The notes under the pieces: model-generated
The model's input: the letters and a program-made list of their open reading frames with translations, nothing else
Told to the model about the DNA's origin: nothing
Database searches by the model: none
Position numbers and translations under genes: made by a program
Origin: Asterias rubens
Taxonomy: Eukaryota
Reading direction: 5' to 3'
DNA length: 64,000 bases
NCBI RefSeq assembly: GCF_902459465.1
Contig: NC_047062.1
Location: forward strand, 18,662,001-18,726,000
In this document: piece by piece, positions 49,101 to 61,591 of the stretch
How positions within the stretch are numbered: the stretch's first letter is position 1
How the letters are laid out: the number at the start of each line of letters is the position of its first letter

Positions 49101-51123
49101 GTGGTGTGCACCCCACAATGTTTCTAACAGGAAAGATTAAAGGAAAGGAATCATAGACGACACCCGAAGAAAGCCCACAATGTTGCTCTACTAAACAGCA
49201 CAGAAAAACACAGCACAGCACAGAAAAGTTGCCCTAAATTGGGCTAGACAGCCACCATTTTTACATGCATTTTGACTCTTAACACAGCAAACCATGAGCA
49301 GCAGTAGCCCTGTATTATGTCAATACAAGGGGTCAATTGCAGAAAAAGGTGCCCCCTAGAATCCTGGACTTCCCAACAGTGCCAGACACTCTTCAGATCC
49401 ATTGAATTGCAGCTATAATAACAGGCCTGGAATTTCATCTTTTAACATGTTGAAAAGGGCCATTTTCATTTTGCAAAGGTCAAGTCAATGGGAAATTTTT
49501 GAAGGGCACCAAGGCAAAGACATGGGGCAATGGAGGTCATGGCCTGCGTGTAATTTTAGGCCTCTAATAAAAAATAAACTGAAGTTAATATCCCAATGCT
49601 TTTTGACTCAACAGGGTAACTGCATCAAGGACCTCCAGACATCAGTGCTGTACGTTAATGGGCGCCCTTCCATGGTGACATTAGATTATTTTATTTCCGT
49701 TGATGATGAGGCAAAGAGTGAAGAAAATGTTAAGAAAATGCATCTGGATGAAACAGTCTACAAGTAAGTATTCCAAGTCTAGGGTTGAAAGAGTCTTCAA
49801 ATTCATTGTACCTTTTATTGTTGAATGACTTAACAAGTTCATGAAAGCTGACTCTATTCTGACTTTTAATTGAATTTGAAAAACTCACTTGTTTGAGTCT
49901 TCATTTTTGTAACAAATTGCTTCATATTTATTTCAGTGCTTAATGTATTGTGTTGTGCATAGACGCTCCTCTTTATGCACTTCATAATATAAATGTCTTA
50001 AATATTGTTACTATTATTATGTTTTTTTCACCAGGTGTCCCTCATTTCTGATTTAATCTATCATATTTTTATGGTGGCAACATATTTTTTGTCATCTATT
50101 CAAAAACATGTGTTGAAATATGAATGTGTAAAGTCATGTGTAATATTTTTCTGACTGTTTATTTTGTTGTCACAAATTCCTTGATGATGTGTTTCCAGAT
50201 TGTTGTTGTGTGCTCTTTCAATGCTCATTGATTATTTCATCAATTTTGTTGGTGCTGTTTTATTTTTACATGGTGCCTTGAGTTATATGACATTTTAATG
50301 CATACTTTTTTTCAGAGTGAGACAGACTTCATTTTTGTTGTTTAAGTTTTGGTTCAGTGCTTTTTTCAGAATATTTACCCTTGCTTCATCTATTTCTTTT
50401 TTAATTTATGCTGATTTTTTCTCTTTGCACAGGCTTGCCCTTTTGGACTTGCGACAAATTGACACTTAATATTTAGTTGTTTAAGGATAAAATTTGATGT
50501 AGGCCTATGAATAAATTACCCAGTGATTTAATGAGTTTATTGTTAAAGAGTAGTATTAGTATACGAGTACAATGTCTTAATGTGCTAGTACATGGCACAA
50601 GATAAATTGCACTCCCCTCAAAAGTATGATGACCTAGTTTGGGTTCTCATATCACTACATAGTATTCTAAAATCTACATAAATTATTGTTAGTTTACTCA
50701 TTATTTTGTATGCATTATTGTTCTGTTTTTTATTAATAATACTTTTGTTTGTATGAATTTCATAGATATTTATTTGCATTAGGGATGATATATATGTATA
50801 TGGTTTTGTTTGTATTCCCTACTTATAAATGTAGTTTTTAATTATTATTATGAGCATATTGAGACTTCTGTATTATGTTGATGCGCTTTTTGAATGTTGT
50901 CAATTTTCAAAACCAGTATTTGTTAATGTTTTTATCTCAATAATCTTACCATTCTAGATTCCGTCTGTCCTACTACCCACATCGCCTGAATGCCTTCACA
51001 GAGCTTCTCAAGGAGACATTTGGTGAAAGTTGTAAGCACACTGTGTACGGAGACTTCAAAGAGTTCAAGGAAGGAGACTGCCCCTCCTACTACATCCATG
51101 TTATAGAAAAACCACTTGAATGA
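46104..51123 (+). CDS. GNMT: Glycine N-methyltransferase, 5 exons, 300 aa
   Basis: Exons 46104-46309, 47042-47169, 47978-48231, 49615-49763, 50958-51123 total 903 nt. Translation includes [107 protein letters not shown] and YYIHVIEK. Confidence 0.98.
48290..48530 (+). mobile_element. tRNA-derived SINE in GNMT intron 3
   Basis: GGTGGGTTCGAATCCCCAGCCGTGACACTTGTGTCCTT head is shared with the SINEs at about 14.2 and 14.85 kb. Confidence 0.65.
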
Positions 51124-52102
51124 TGAACTAAAGATGGAAGTCACAAAGTGACTGACATTTTTCTTGTCAGTCAGTTTTTAACAGCATGAAAAAGGAACGA
51201 TACTTTGGGGAAAAATGTAAAATGTATGTAAATATAGTTTTACATCACAGGAATCGTGTACAGAGATATCACATTGTGAAAATGTTTTCCTTTCTCTGTG
51301 CATGCATTGTCTTCAAGAAGGCTATACAGGTCAATTTATAAGATTGAGGTTTTGCAATGCATAAGTGTTGATCAAAGGCCCAACAACCATTTTTTTGTTT
51401 TTCTCTTTTTGTTTTTATAGTGATAGTGATATTTTAGGAGCAAAATTTTTACTTTCTCTCCATGATAATAGTGCTAGGGCGGCAAGCCAAGACTTAATCT
51501 ATTTCTGCATTTTAAACAAAGAAGGGAAAAGATTTTAAAATCTAGTGAGGTTTGTGAAAACTCTATAAATCTTTCTATGAATTGTTATTGGTCTGAAAAG
51601 TTGTTACAACTCTCTTGAAACTGCACGGCAATGCAATCTTAATGCTACTTAAGCTTACAATTTAAAACATGGCATTAATATAGAACAGGCTTTTGTTCTG
51701 AGGTTCGGGGGGGGGGGGGGGTGTAGAGGTGCAGGGTAGTAGTTGGTTTATCGTGTTCTATTTTATAGGTGAGTGAAAGGCAGTATTGATATTTTTCAGA
51801 TTGGTCTTTGTCTTGAGAAGCGTCGGAAATATTACTCACACACAAGTCTTAAAAGCTTCCATATCCAGCCATATTTGGTCACACAATTTTTTATTTGTTT
51901 ATTTTATCGTAATCTTCGTTTGACGGTTTGGTTGGGGAAGGGGGCTTGTACAATCACAAATGGTGTGTAACGGATGGATTTTGTTGTGTTTGTGGATATT
52001 ATTTGGATTGGAGTGGCTACATTTGGTTAAAGGTGTTCATGAACATGTTCAGGCATGCAACCTCTCAGCTGATCAGCTGATTTCCCTTCTTGTCAGCAGA
52101 AA

Positions 52103-52610
52103 ACCGAAAGAACGCTGTACATAGTGTGGTTGGTCAATTCGTCTTTGTTGTTCACATGTACAACATTGCACATCTAATATGTTACAGAGTGGATGTCTGG
52201 TATGCACGGTGTGGATGGTTTGTTGGTTTTGTTGGTGGACTTACTGTTAAACTTTTGTTTCCTGTGTTGATTGGTACCGAAAGAATGCTGTACAAAGTGT
52301 GGTTGGCCAATTCGTCTTTTTATACCCATGTACAACGTTGCACATCTAATATGTTACAGAGTGGATGTCCGGTATGCACGGTGTGGATGGTTTGTTGGTT
52401 TTGTTGGTGGACGTACTGTTAAACTTTTGTTTCCTGTGTTGATTGGCACCGAAAGAACTCTGTACAAAGTGTGGTTGGCCAATTCGTCTTTATTCCCATG
52501 TACAAAGTTGCACATCTGATATGTTACAGAGTGGATGTCCAGTATGCACGGTGTGGTTGGTTTGTTGGTGGATTTGCTGTTAAACTTTTGTTTCCTGTGT
52601 TGATTGGTAT
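52103..52610. repeat. Tandem repeat, ~173-bp unit, 3 copies
   Basis: ACCGAAAGAA recurs at 52103, 52276 and 52448 with highly similar intervening sequence. Confidence 0.95.
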
Positions 52611-52764
52611 GTTGTGGTGTGGTTTCTAGTTTTTGTTGAATGGTATGATTTTGTGTGGTTTGTAGTTGGTTGTGTTGAGGGATCTGTTGTGGTGTGGAGG
52701 GATAAGTATTTTTGTTGATGATGTGCTATGGTGTGGACGGGTTACAGTGAACCCATTGAGTGTG

Positions 52765-55700
52765 TTTTATTTAATTGAAAATGGAGTCTTCACCAGTTTG
52801 CTTCAGAGGAATCAGTAACATGCCCAAACTCTTATACAACACACAGCGGCAGGCTTATCGGTCAAGTTTCTGTGGGATTAAGCAGTGGTCATGTCAACAG
52901 GTCACACGTGGTGAGACACTGGAAGTGGAGTGCTCAAACCATACACAGTCTACGGGGTCATGGTTTGGTGGCCCTGGGCAAAAGGCACTGCAAGCAATTG
53001 ATGGATAAATTGTGTTTTATATGTGTTAAATTTGCATCAGGGGATAAAGAATATTAATGTTGGTTACCCTTACACTGATTGAGTACTGTATACATGTAGT
53101 CGGTACTTTCCCAAGTTCTGTGAAGAAGAATAATCTTTGATAGAGGGCCCTATGTCGTGGATTAACTCTGCATATTGTGCCAAATGCCTGTATCGATGAC
53201 CTGTTCTTACCTACAAGCCAAGGTTTGGTTAAGATGGAGTAAACTGCACTGTCATGAGTCATTTCATCTTTCTCTGCTGGGGTTACTGTTAAAAAAATTT
53301 GAACCATTTAAGTCTGTAAATGTCTATGCGAAAAAGTCTTTATGGATCCAAATTGAGTTTCATTGAAAACCGTCACACATTTTTAATGGCTAGAAAATAT
53401 TTTTTATTCCCGAAGCAAACTGGTTAAGATTGAATAAATATATACAAAGAGATTTGTATACATATATGTTGTAAATATAAAAAGAATGGCAATGAAAGTG
53501 ATTCAAAACTTCATTGGGGCAACTGTTTGATGCATCATCTGCAAGCATTTCAAGCATTGTGCATGCCGTGAAAACTGATCATGCTCATTCCGGTATTTGT
53601 TCAGTCTATCAATTGTAAGAAAGGTCAATTGAAGCGTCTTTTAATTCACTCCGAATTTTGATGTGTTTTTGGGCATTCCCTTTTTTGACTGAATGACCAA
53701 ATGTTGATATATCAAGATACCTTGACGTCCTTATGATTGGGCCCCTATTTTACTAATAGAGATTAATTATCAGTGATAAACATAACTACAATCTTTGTAG
53801 TGAGTAAAAAAAATGTATATTATATTATGTTAATTTTATTTTAATTTTTTTCATACTCAAATTTATGTTGTTCAAAAGTACTTTGATAGAGGGCGCTTTT
53901 TTTGTGGCAGATAATTGCATGGCCAGACATCTTCTTGTTGGTAAAGTTTTAAATTTAGAACATTACTTTTCTAAAACACTGAACACTTCCCAAAAAAAAT
54001 TCTAGAGAAAGAAAGGTACAAATTAATCCACATAGTAAAAACATTTCACACAACAAAGGCTCATTCTGTTTGCAGAAAAGTTGCTGTTATATTGATCAAA
54101 AGATTAAAACTATATTAAAAATAAATATATTTAATAAAAAAAATAAATAAATAAGTGTGTATCAATTCTTATAGTTGAGATCTTGGAGTGAATGTTACGT
54201 TGAGTTTGATTTGTCCGTGTGTCAACTAAACATGGTATTTGCTTTATGTTCCGCTCCTGTAGGCTCTGTCAATTTACCTGTGCAAACTAGGGTTTAAAGT
54301 TGGTGTGAGGGCTGATTAGGGATAAATTCGTAAAATACATTGGGAGTGTCGGACCACAAGTGTATAATCATCGCCACATTGTGGCCCCTTCTGGCTTCTT
54401 TCCTGTATAGGTGGGAAAGGTATCAGTTATAATCTGATTAATTCAGTTTACAATTTAAACTTCAAATTCAAACGCATGTGAAAATGTGTGTTTCCAAAGC
54501 TGAGAAATTGCAGATTTATACCTGAATTCAGACTTTTTATTAAGTCTCACCTGGGTAAAAAAAAAAAGGTATTTTTCTCTTAATAAATTTATTTCTCCAG
54601 CACTTGGGATATTGTTCTCAAAAGCTCTTAGGAATCTGTTACTCCAGGGGTTATCAAAAGGTGCAAAGAGCAATCCTTTCATTTTTGTCAGGAGTGACTC
54701 TCACTCCTGGTATAAGTTAACTGCAAAAAACTAAATATTTTGAGTTGACCTCAAAAATATTGTTTAGAAATTGGTTAGTGTTTGTTCTCCAATCTTGGGC
54801 TTACATACTTTATTAAACCACTGTTGCCATTTGGATACAGCCATTTTGCTCCTCTCATCCAATGTAACCAAAATGAGGCTAAGAGGAGAAGAATCTTGCA
54901 TCTTCTTTGTGTAATGGAGACTCAGACCAGGACAAAATTGGCGGCTAGAGTACATCTTCAGGTTGTTCTCTGCAGCATCACACGTTAAAGCATCAGTGTT
55001 GTAGATCTTGAGACTGGTCTCCCCTAGACTCTCGATCTGATATTGGACAATCGGGTCTTGACTAGAACACTGTAAAGTTTAGTACATAAATTAACAGTTT
55101 TAGCCTAAGCTGTTGGACTCCATCTATTGTTCTGATAAGTGGTTGATGCAAGCAGGGACCTTTCATAAAATAAATGAATGGTTTGAAGGCTCTACAATTG
55201 TTTGATAACCTAAGTAAATCAAAGGGTCACATTTATTTATTCAAGAGTAAAAATAGAGTACAAATGGCTTGACTTGGTTTATCACTTGGTGTTCCCATTA
55301 TAGATTTTTTTTTTTAAACGGACACAAAACATTCATACACCAGATAAAATCTTCATTTGCATAACAATGGGTAAACGAGCCAGAACGAGCCCGCTTATAA
55401 AAATTATCAGATTAATAAATCCTCTATGTAAACACGATAGAGCCTCTTATGACGTAACGTACAATACATTGAAGAATATAAATAGTTATGAGTTGAAGGT
55501 CCGGGTCATACTTTGGTTGTGCAGGCCTCGACATAACACACAGCACCCACATCAATTGCCATTGTGTTGTTCTTTTTTTGTGGTGCCCTTAGAAAGATTC
55601 TAGTATAATCGGCGAAGTTCAAGGCCTGGTAGAATACCCCCCCCCCCCAACAAAAAAATAAATAAATAATAGGGTACCCAGTGCTTTTGCTGTGGTACCC

Positions 55701-56534
55701 TCGGCAGGGTTCAATATAGATTTACATTTTTCCCCTTACCAGAGGAAAATTACCGTGCCTCTTCAACAAGTTTCAAGGCCTGGTAGTAACCCCGCAAAAT
55801 GTGTTATTTTTGTCTGAAGGCCTTGTTGTTATAAAGATGTTACTGGTATTAAGCATCCAGGCACATTTTAAGGTGGTGCTGATGGAGTATGTAAAGCTCG
55901 TTGTGAAAATATTTTGACTCCCCGAGCATACCGAGTGACTAACCCTGTAAGCATGCATGAAAGCCCCCCCCCCCCTTTAAAAATAAAATGCTCTCATCTT
56001 GTTGAACAAAGAAGTTAATAATTATTGGAAAGCAAACAATCATTGACATGTGAATTGATTAATGGTTTTGCAATGCAAATACAGACTCGTCCATAGGGCA
56101 ACAGCCAGTATGCATGCAAATTTAATAAAGCAAAATTCCATACTTTTTATCTTCTTGAGAATAGTCAGAAGATTTGTGTGCATGTCATCAATGCGTCAGA
56201 AAAAAACTATAGTAAAATCTTTGGGTAAAATCATGTATACAATTCTTTTTGGAAAAGTGTTGGTTCTGAGAAAAGCTGGTGTGGTCTCGACGTTTCAAAC
56301 AGTATACTCTGTGCGTCTTCAGGAGAAGACCACATCAGTTCTTCTTAGAATAAACACTTCTTCCAAACGAGTTTTATATATGGTACCTCAGGTTTTACTA
56401 AAGATTTTCTTATGATCCACACCGTGTTAAGCTTCAAACACGAGTGTCCTTGCACAATACCCGACATTCAACTTTATACACATAATCATGTACCAGCAAA
56501 AAGAGGAAATGACTTCCAACAGTTTTCTGTGACA
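52765..56534 (-). pseudogene. Unidentified multi-exon gene or recently disabled pseudogene between GNMT and SGPP
   Basis: Phase-compatible AG/GT-bounded segments: 56534-56461 (weak splice sites), 55944-55740 (one in-frame TGA at 55773-55775), 55069-54809 (87 open codons CSSQDPIVQYQIESLG...MAVSKWQQWFNK), 54720-54551 (needs one extra base; KGLLFAPFDNPWSNRFLRAFENNIP), 53285-53211 (or to 53107), and a terminal segment from about 52989 with AATAAA near 52770. I do not recognise the family. Confidence 0.5.
56283..56326 (-). ncRNA. Minimal hammerhead-like motif in a Penelope-type short repeat
   Basis: Minus strand: TCTC-CTGAAGAC-GCACAG-agtata-CTGTTT-GAAA-CGTC-GAGA, with an intact CUGAAGA/GAAA core and a GUC cleavage triplet. 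Confidence 0.55.
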
Positions 56535-57972
56535 CTAAGTGTGTATTATATTTTTGTTGGAAACAAAGGATATTGCATACCCCACATACAAAGAAATTTC
56601 CTGATAGGAAAAAACTAATAACTTGTCTCTGACTTTACATAAAAACAATTGGACATCTTCATTTTGTGCACAAAATTGAAATTATGTTTTATTTCTCATC
56701 AAATCAAGTAAGTGTACACTTTATGTGTGTCAACCAACGACAAAGTTGAGCCGTTTGTTGTAATTAGGATCAATAGCAATCCATCTTGTTTAATAAAAAA
56801 TTATTGAAAAACAAAATTATACTAAAAATCCTACTCAAGATAATAATAAGCATCTACTGTACACAAATGTTTAACATTAGCTTATTCCAAGAATATTGAG
56901 GCGCAGTCACTAAATCAGACATGGCCTACGGTTATGCCAATTTTTGTTTGATGTTTTTCTTGTCCTTGTCCTTACAAAAAGTAAACACTAAAGATTTGTA
57001 ATACTAAAGCTGTAACAAAGCTGTAAAAAAAACTCCAAAATTAAACAAAACATTTTCTGTGCTTCATAAAAGATTTATCAATCGTTTTTGCTCTAAACAC
57101 AAAGTGACCCCAACAAGACCCACAGGGTAAACTGCCATTTAAAATGCCAAACAAAAACAACCAACCCCAACCAACCCCTCCCTTACAGACATGCAATTAC
57201 ATACTTGATGCAAGTACAGCTATTTATAAAATTTATGATTTTTTCTTAATAAATACAGTCACTGTGTTGCCTAATGTATCCAAAAAGGTCTTTTCCTATG
57301 TCACTCCTCACAAAGCTGTTTGGGCGAAAGATTGCAATGCCAGACCCTGATAAGCGCTTGTTTTGGGGGGCCTTCTGACCCCCCCCCCCCCCAGTCCTCC
57401 TGAAAACTTCACTTTGGCAATTGGCTATTGAAGGATTTGAGACTGTGTAGGGTTAAAGCTGTTCTACTTTTTATGCGCAATCAAAGCATAACACAACCTG
57501 TTACAAAATGGCAGAGCATCGTAAGTATGCCAATCTATTACCCAAATGGCAGACAATGTGAATCATACATGCACATAGTTCAAGGACTAATATAGTCGAT
57601 GGATATTTTGTCTGGATTCAAACCAGAGATATAAAAAAATATTTAAAAAACAGCACAAGTAAATTTCGAAACAAAGTTCAACTGCCATAATCGTAATCAT
57701 ATTCATACTATTGCTTTATGAAATTTGTTAAGATTTGTTTTTACATAATATGCAGCTTTGACGACATTAAAATTCTGCTGTCAACTCGATATTAAATATC
57801 ATAAACACGACTGGTACTTATGCATCCGTTTCTTCACAATTAATATAAAATAACTTTACATTAAAGGCTTATGTTGACTTCAGAAATCATGTTGTTTTAT
57901 CGGTAATTAGGTGGTATCATCATTTTAAGGCTTTCTTCAATGAACGTTTAATGGTGCTAGAATTCTTCTACC

Positions 57973-58110
57973 AAGCCTGGAATTTCATCTTTGAGAGGGC
58001 AAGGTCATTTTCATATTGCAAATGGCACTTACTTCCGTTGAAAAATCTTAAAATCTATGGCAAAATTTTGACGGGGCACCAAGGCCAAGACCCAGGGCAA
58101 CTAATTCCAG
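57973..58110. mobile_element. Multi-copy ~140-bp MITE with CAGGCCTGGAA-type termini (hAT-like, inferred)
   Basis: CAAGCCTGGAATT ... AATTCCAGGC. Homologous copies at about 49423-49565 and 37425-37543 share the GGGCACCAAGGC.AAGAC core. Confidence 0.55.
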
Positions 58111-58801
58111 GCAGATTCCACTTAATTTTTTCCTAATATCAACCCCCGAAACAGTTTTGTCACTTTTTGAAAATAATAGTGATAAACGTTGACAACGAAT
58201 AAGATACTTCTTTGAAAACTAAAACACCTAATATGATAATTATTATTACAGGAAATTTCAAATGAAATATCTCTTTGAGGCACCACTTTCTCACAAGGCA
58301 CACAGATGTTGTACATACGGACAGAATGGGTGAATTTTTCAGTCGTTTCACCCAAAACAGGCTGTAGTTTGGACAGACCCAAAACATGTCTTAAGATTTA
58401 AGCAATTTGCGGCATTAAGTTGTCAACCTGCTGAGAATTTGTATCCTGATATCCTACACCAGTTTTTGGACGTCTTTATTGTTCAAAGCTCGTTAATTGA
58501 GAGTTAACCACCTAAAATGTCAAGTACCGAGGATATTGTGTAGGCTAAAGAATCTTTTTCGTATTCAAACTCAAATCATAAAGATTACATTCACATAAAG
58601 TTGTGAGTTTGTCTCTCAAGTTTGATCATAGCATGCACCTTTAGTAAGAAAAATGTCGTTTGATAAAAATAGTTTTACGCCGAGGGCAGGTGCTTCGATT
58701 TCAAGTCTAGCACATGTCCTTTGCATTCTGGACTTGACTTAAATATATAACCGAGCGAAAGTTTAAGTTATTGGTTCTTTAACTATGGTCTTTATTTACA
58801 C

Positions 58802-61591
58802 TCATTCTAATCCCAGTTTGAGGAACAACAAAGGCATGCCTACATATACAATAGAAAGTAACACAATGAAAGTGGTGTAGCGATATGGTATTTCAACATA
58901 CAATAGCCGTTTGGTGCGTTCATTTATCTCCGTGTTAAAAACAACAGAAATAACTTGAAGGATGAAAGCTCTTACTGGCACGTAAATCATGAGTGACAAT
59001 ACTTGAGTAACCAAGTATTTGATGAGCATTAACCCTGCTGTGTTCCAGTCTGGCCACTCGATGACCCCTCCCAGAGGGGCTAGTACATCAGGGAGCATCC
59101 CCGTGCGGTAGTTGAACCAGAAGCCGCAGAAGGCACCAGACACTGAACCAAGACTACTGATGGTGTCGGCTCTAGAAGAAGCAACCCCATTCTGGCAGGG
59201 GTAGATGAGGCAGAAGAACACCGACACCGAGATGAGGACCAGTGGGGCCTGGGGATGGGTCACCAGGAAATAATCCAAGGGGTCCAACAATGGCCAAAGG
59301 AGAAGCATCAGAATCCAGATTAGGGTCTCACCAGCGATAACGTCCTATTAAGACAAAAGGGGTTGGATTCAAATGAAAGGGTTACAATTGGTCTGTGGTC
59401 ATCAGAGTATAATTTTGAGGTTGGTTTGAAATCTCCCTCCACAACCAACAGCACAACATTCAACAACACTTTGTGTCACTCTCCCCTACTTGCTCACTGA
59501 TTTTGTCCTGCAAAGGAAATGAGCTCATAATCCACCATAACAATGTTATCGTCCAATGTGGTTGTGGGTTCGAATCCCACCAGATTTTTTTAACAGAATG
59601 CAGGAAAGTACTGAGTATAGTGACTGAGGAGTACACAGACACTACACACACATCGGTGTGTATAGGTGAAACCAAAATGAATATTGTGCGCAAATTTTAC
59701 ATTTATTAAATGTTGTCTTCCCATAAAAGCGCAACGCTGCATGTGTTCACACACCAAAAACATCTATCGTCCAATTATATACTTCTTTTTGCGTTAGTGA
59801 GGGTGCTGTTTGAGACGGTTTCATTGAGAACTACCTAAGCTATTTAAAGAAAGAAACTGAATCTATCTTTGTTTTCTAAATTCCAGGAAGTACATTTTAT
59901 GTAAATCCACTGATTTATACCCTGATTAAATTAGAGACGATGGTTATTTACACAAAGACCTGAAACTGGTTTTCTTTCAGGAACAGTAACATAATTTGCT
60001 GTTATAGATGGGAATTGGTATATTCTACCATCCTCTTCTGAAACTCTCTGTACCATTTTCAAAGTGGCCACACCTGTCAATAAATGGTAAAAAAATGGAT
60101 TAATTATAAATTCTACTTACCAATATAAAATGCATTCCTTTGTACAGTCTGCTGAAACATACCAGTGCAGTCCAGCTGCATGCTAGCACTACACCCAATG
60201 CATGTGGATACTAGAGAAGAATAAAAAAGAAACAAATAATCTGTAAAGTTGTTATGGTCATGTTTGATGTTCTTCTTCGGCAAGAGTAGAGTAAAGATGC
60301 TTAAAAAAAAAGACAAAAACTCATATCTGGATAAATTATTGGGGACACCTTCTATGGAATATTATATACCCTCTTGCAAATAGGGTCAGTTGCGACTAGT
60401 GAAATTCACTACTCAACTAGTCGCGCTTCAAATAGTTGCGACTTTCGACACTAGTTGCAACTAATTTTTAAATCCCAAGATGCATTGCAGCATATGTAGC
60501 GGGTGCAAGAATATAGTATTAGTAAACTTTGTGCTAAAACTGGATTGAAGGATTGTATCAATGATGATAGTGATGTCTGATTGTGTTTCGTGAAGTAAAG
60601 ATTTGTGTTAATTATGTATGTTATCGTAAATAGACACGAGTGACACAAATGTTTCACCAGGCAGGAATTTGCAACTAATTTGTTGAAGTCATGCGGCATG
60701 ATTAACCGCGTAGTTGAATAACAGTAGTCGGGACCCGACTAAGCAATCAATAGTCGCGGCTTGTCGTGATTTCAACATTTTGTACTGTGCTCCAGTTACT
60801 GGGTGTCTTTTACTAATAACTCTCCATCCAGTCCTATTCTAATATATGGCGAGGCTGGAGGGTTACGTCTTACGACAGGAGGATGAGAGGATGGAGGGTT
60901 GCAAATATTTATCGCAATTATTTCCTCCTACCTACAACTCAATATCCATCCATGTTTTTATTTAGTTTACTACAGAAGTGCCAGCATACCAGCTTACATG
61001 ACAAGCTTTATTTACCTCATAATGATTCCAAGTGCCAATCAAGAACGTGAAGGGTATCAAAGTACCGACCATAGCGTGTGTGGATGGCATTCCATACTCC
61101 ATCAGATATCGTCTCTCCATCCTTACAACCGGTGGTTCACTGGGCCGCGGCCATTTCAACAACTCTTTAGCCGCCTGCCCAATGTACATAGTTATTGCCC
61201 ATGTTAGCAGCACTCGTCTTGAAACCCACCACGATAAATTAGAAATGACCATTGAGAATAGAATAAAATAAAATGCATCTGATCCAAGCCAGGCACCGAA
61301 AGAAAACAAGTAGTACCAAAACTTGTTGCGGACGATGAAGAGCGGTTCATGCTTCCGGGTTGCTGCTCCATCGTGGACCTCATTTTCAACACCGTGTTTT
61401 GGTCCAGCGCCGTTCGCCGTGGTTGAGCTGCCGTTGTTGATGTTGGCGTCATCACTACCACCGTGCCCGGGTCCGGGGTAAAGACCGAACCATCTCTGGA
61501 AATACGCAACGGTGTTTGCGTCGTACAATGGCAAACGACTTCTTTCGGATGTTTGGCCAAAGAGTTTTTGCTTATTCAGGGTTAATTTCAT
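58802..61591 (-). CDS. SGPP1: Sphingosine-1-phosphate phosphatase (SGPP1/SGPP2 family, PAP2 superfamily), 3 exons, 402 aa
   Basis: Exons 61591-61016, 60210-60121, 59344-58802 (TGA) total 1209 nt. PAP2 motifs: KELLKWPRP (C1), EYGMPSTH (C2), SRLYKGMHFILDVIAG (C3). Also present are N.FWYYLFSFGAWLG, SSRADT and several hydrophobic helices. SGPP1 versus SGPP2 cannot be resolved; it is probably pro-orthologous to both. Confidence 0.93.

Noticed and set aside
52090-52519. 110-aa and 82-aa ORFs with internal repeats
   Set aside because: Read-through of the 173-bp tandem repeat.
58122-58387. Overlapping minus-strand ORFs as the first exon of the unknown 52.8-56.5 kb gene
   Set aside because: They lie just past the likely SGPP polyadenylation signal, and I found no convincing donor site linking them to 56534.
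61204-61560. 118-aa minus-strand ORF overlapping SGPP exon 1
   Set aside because: Alternative frame of a GC-richer coding exon; no independent evidence.
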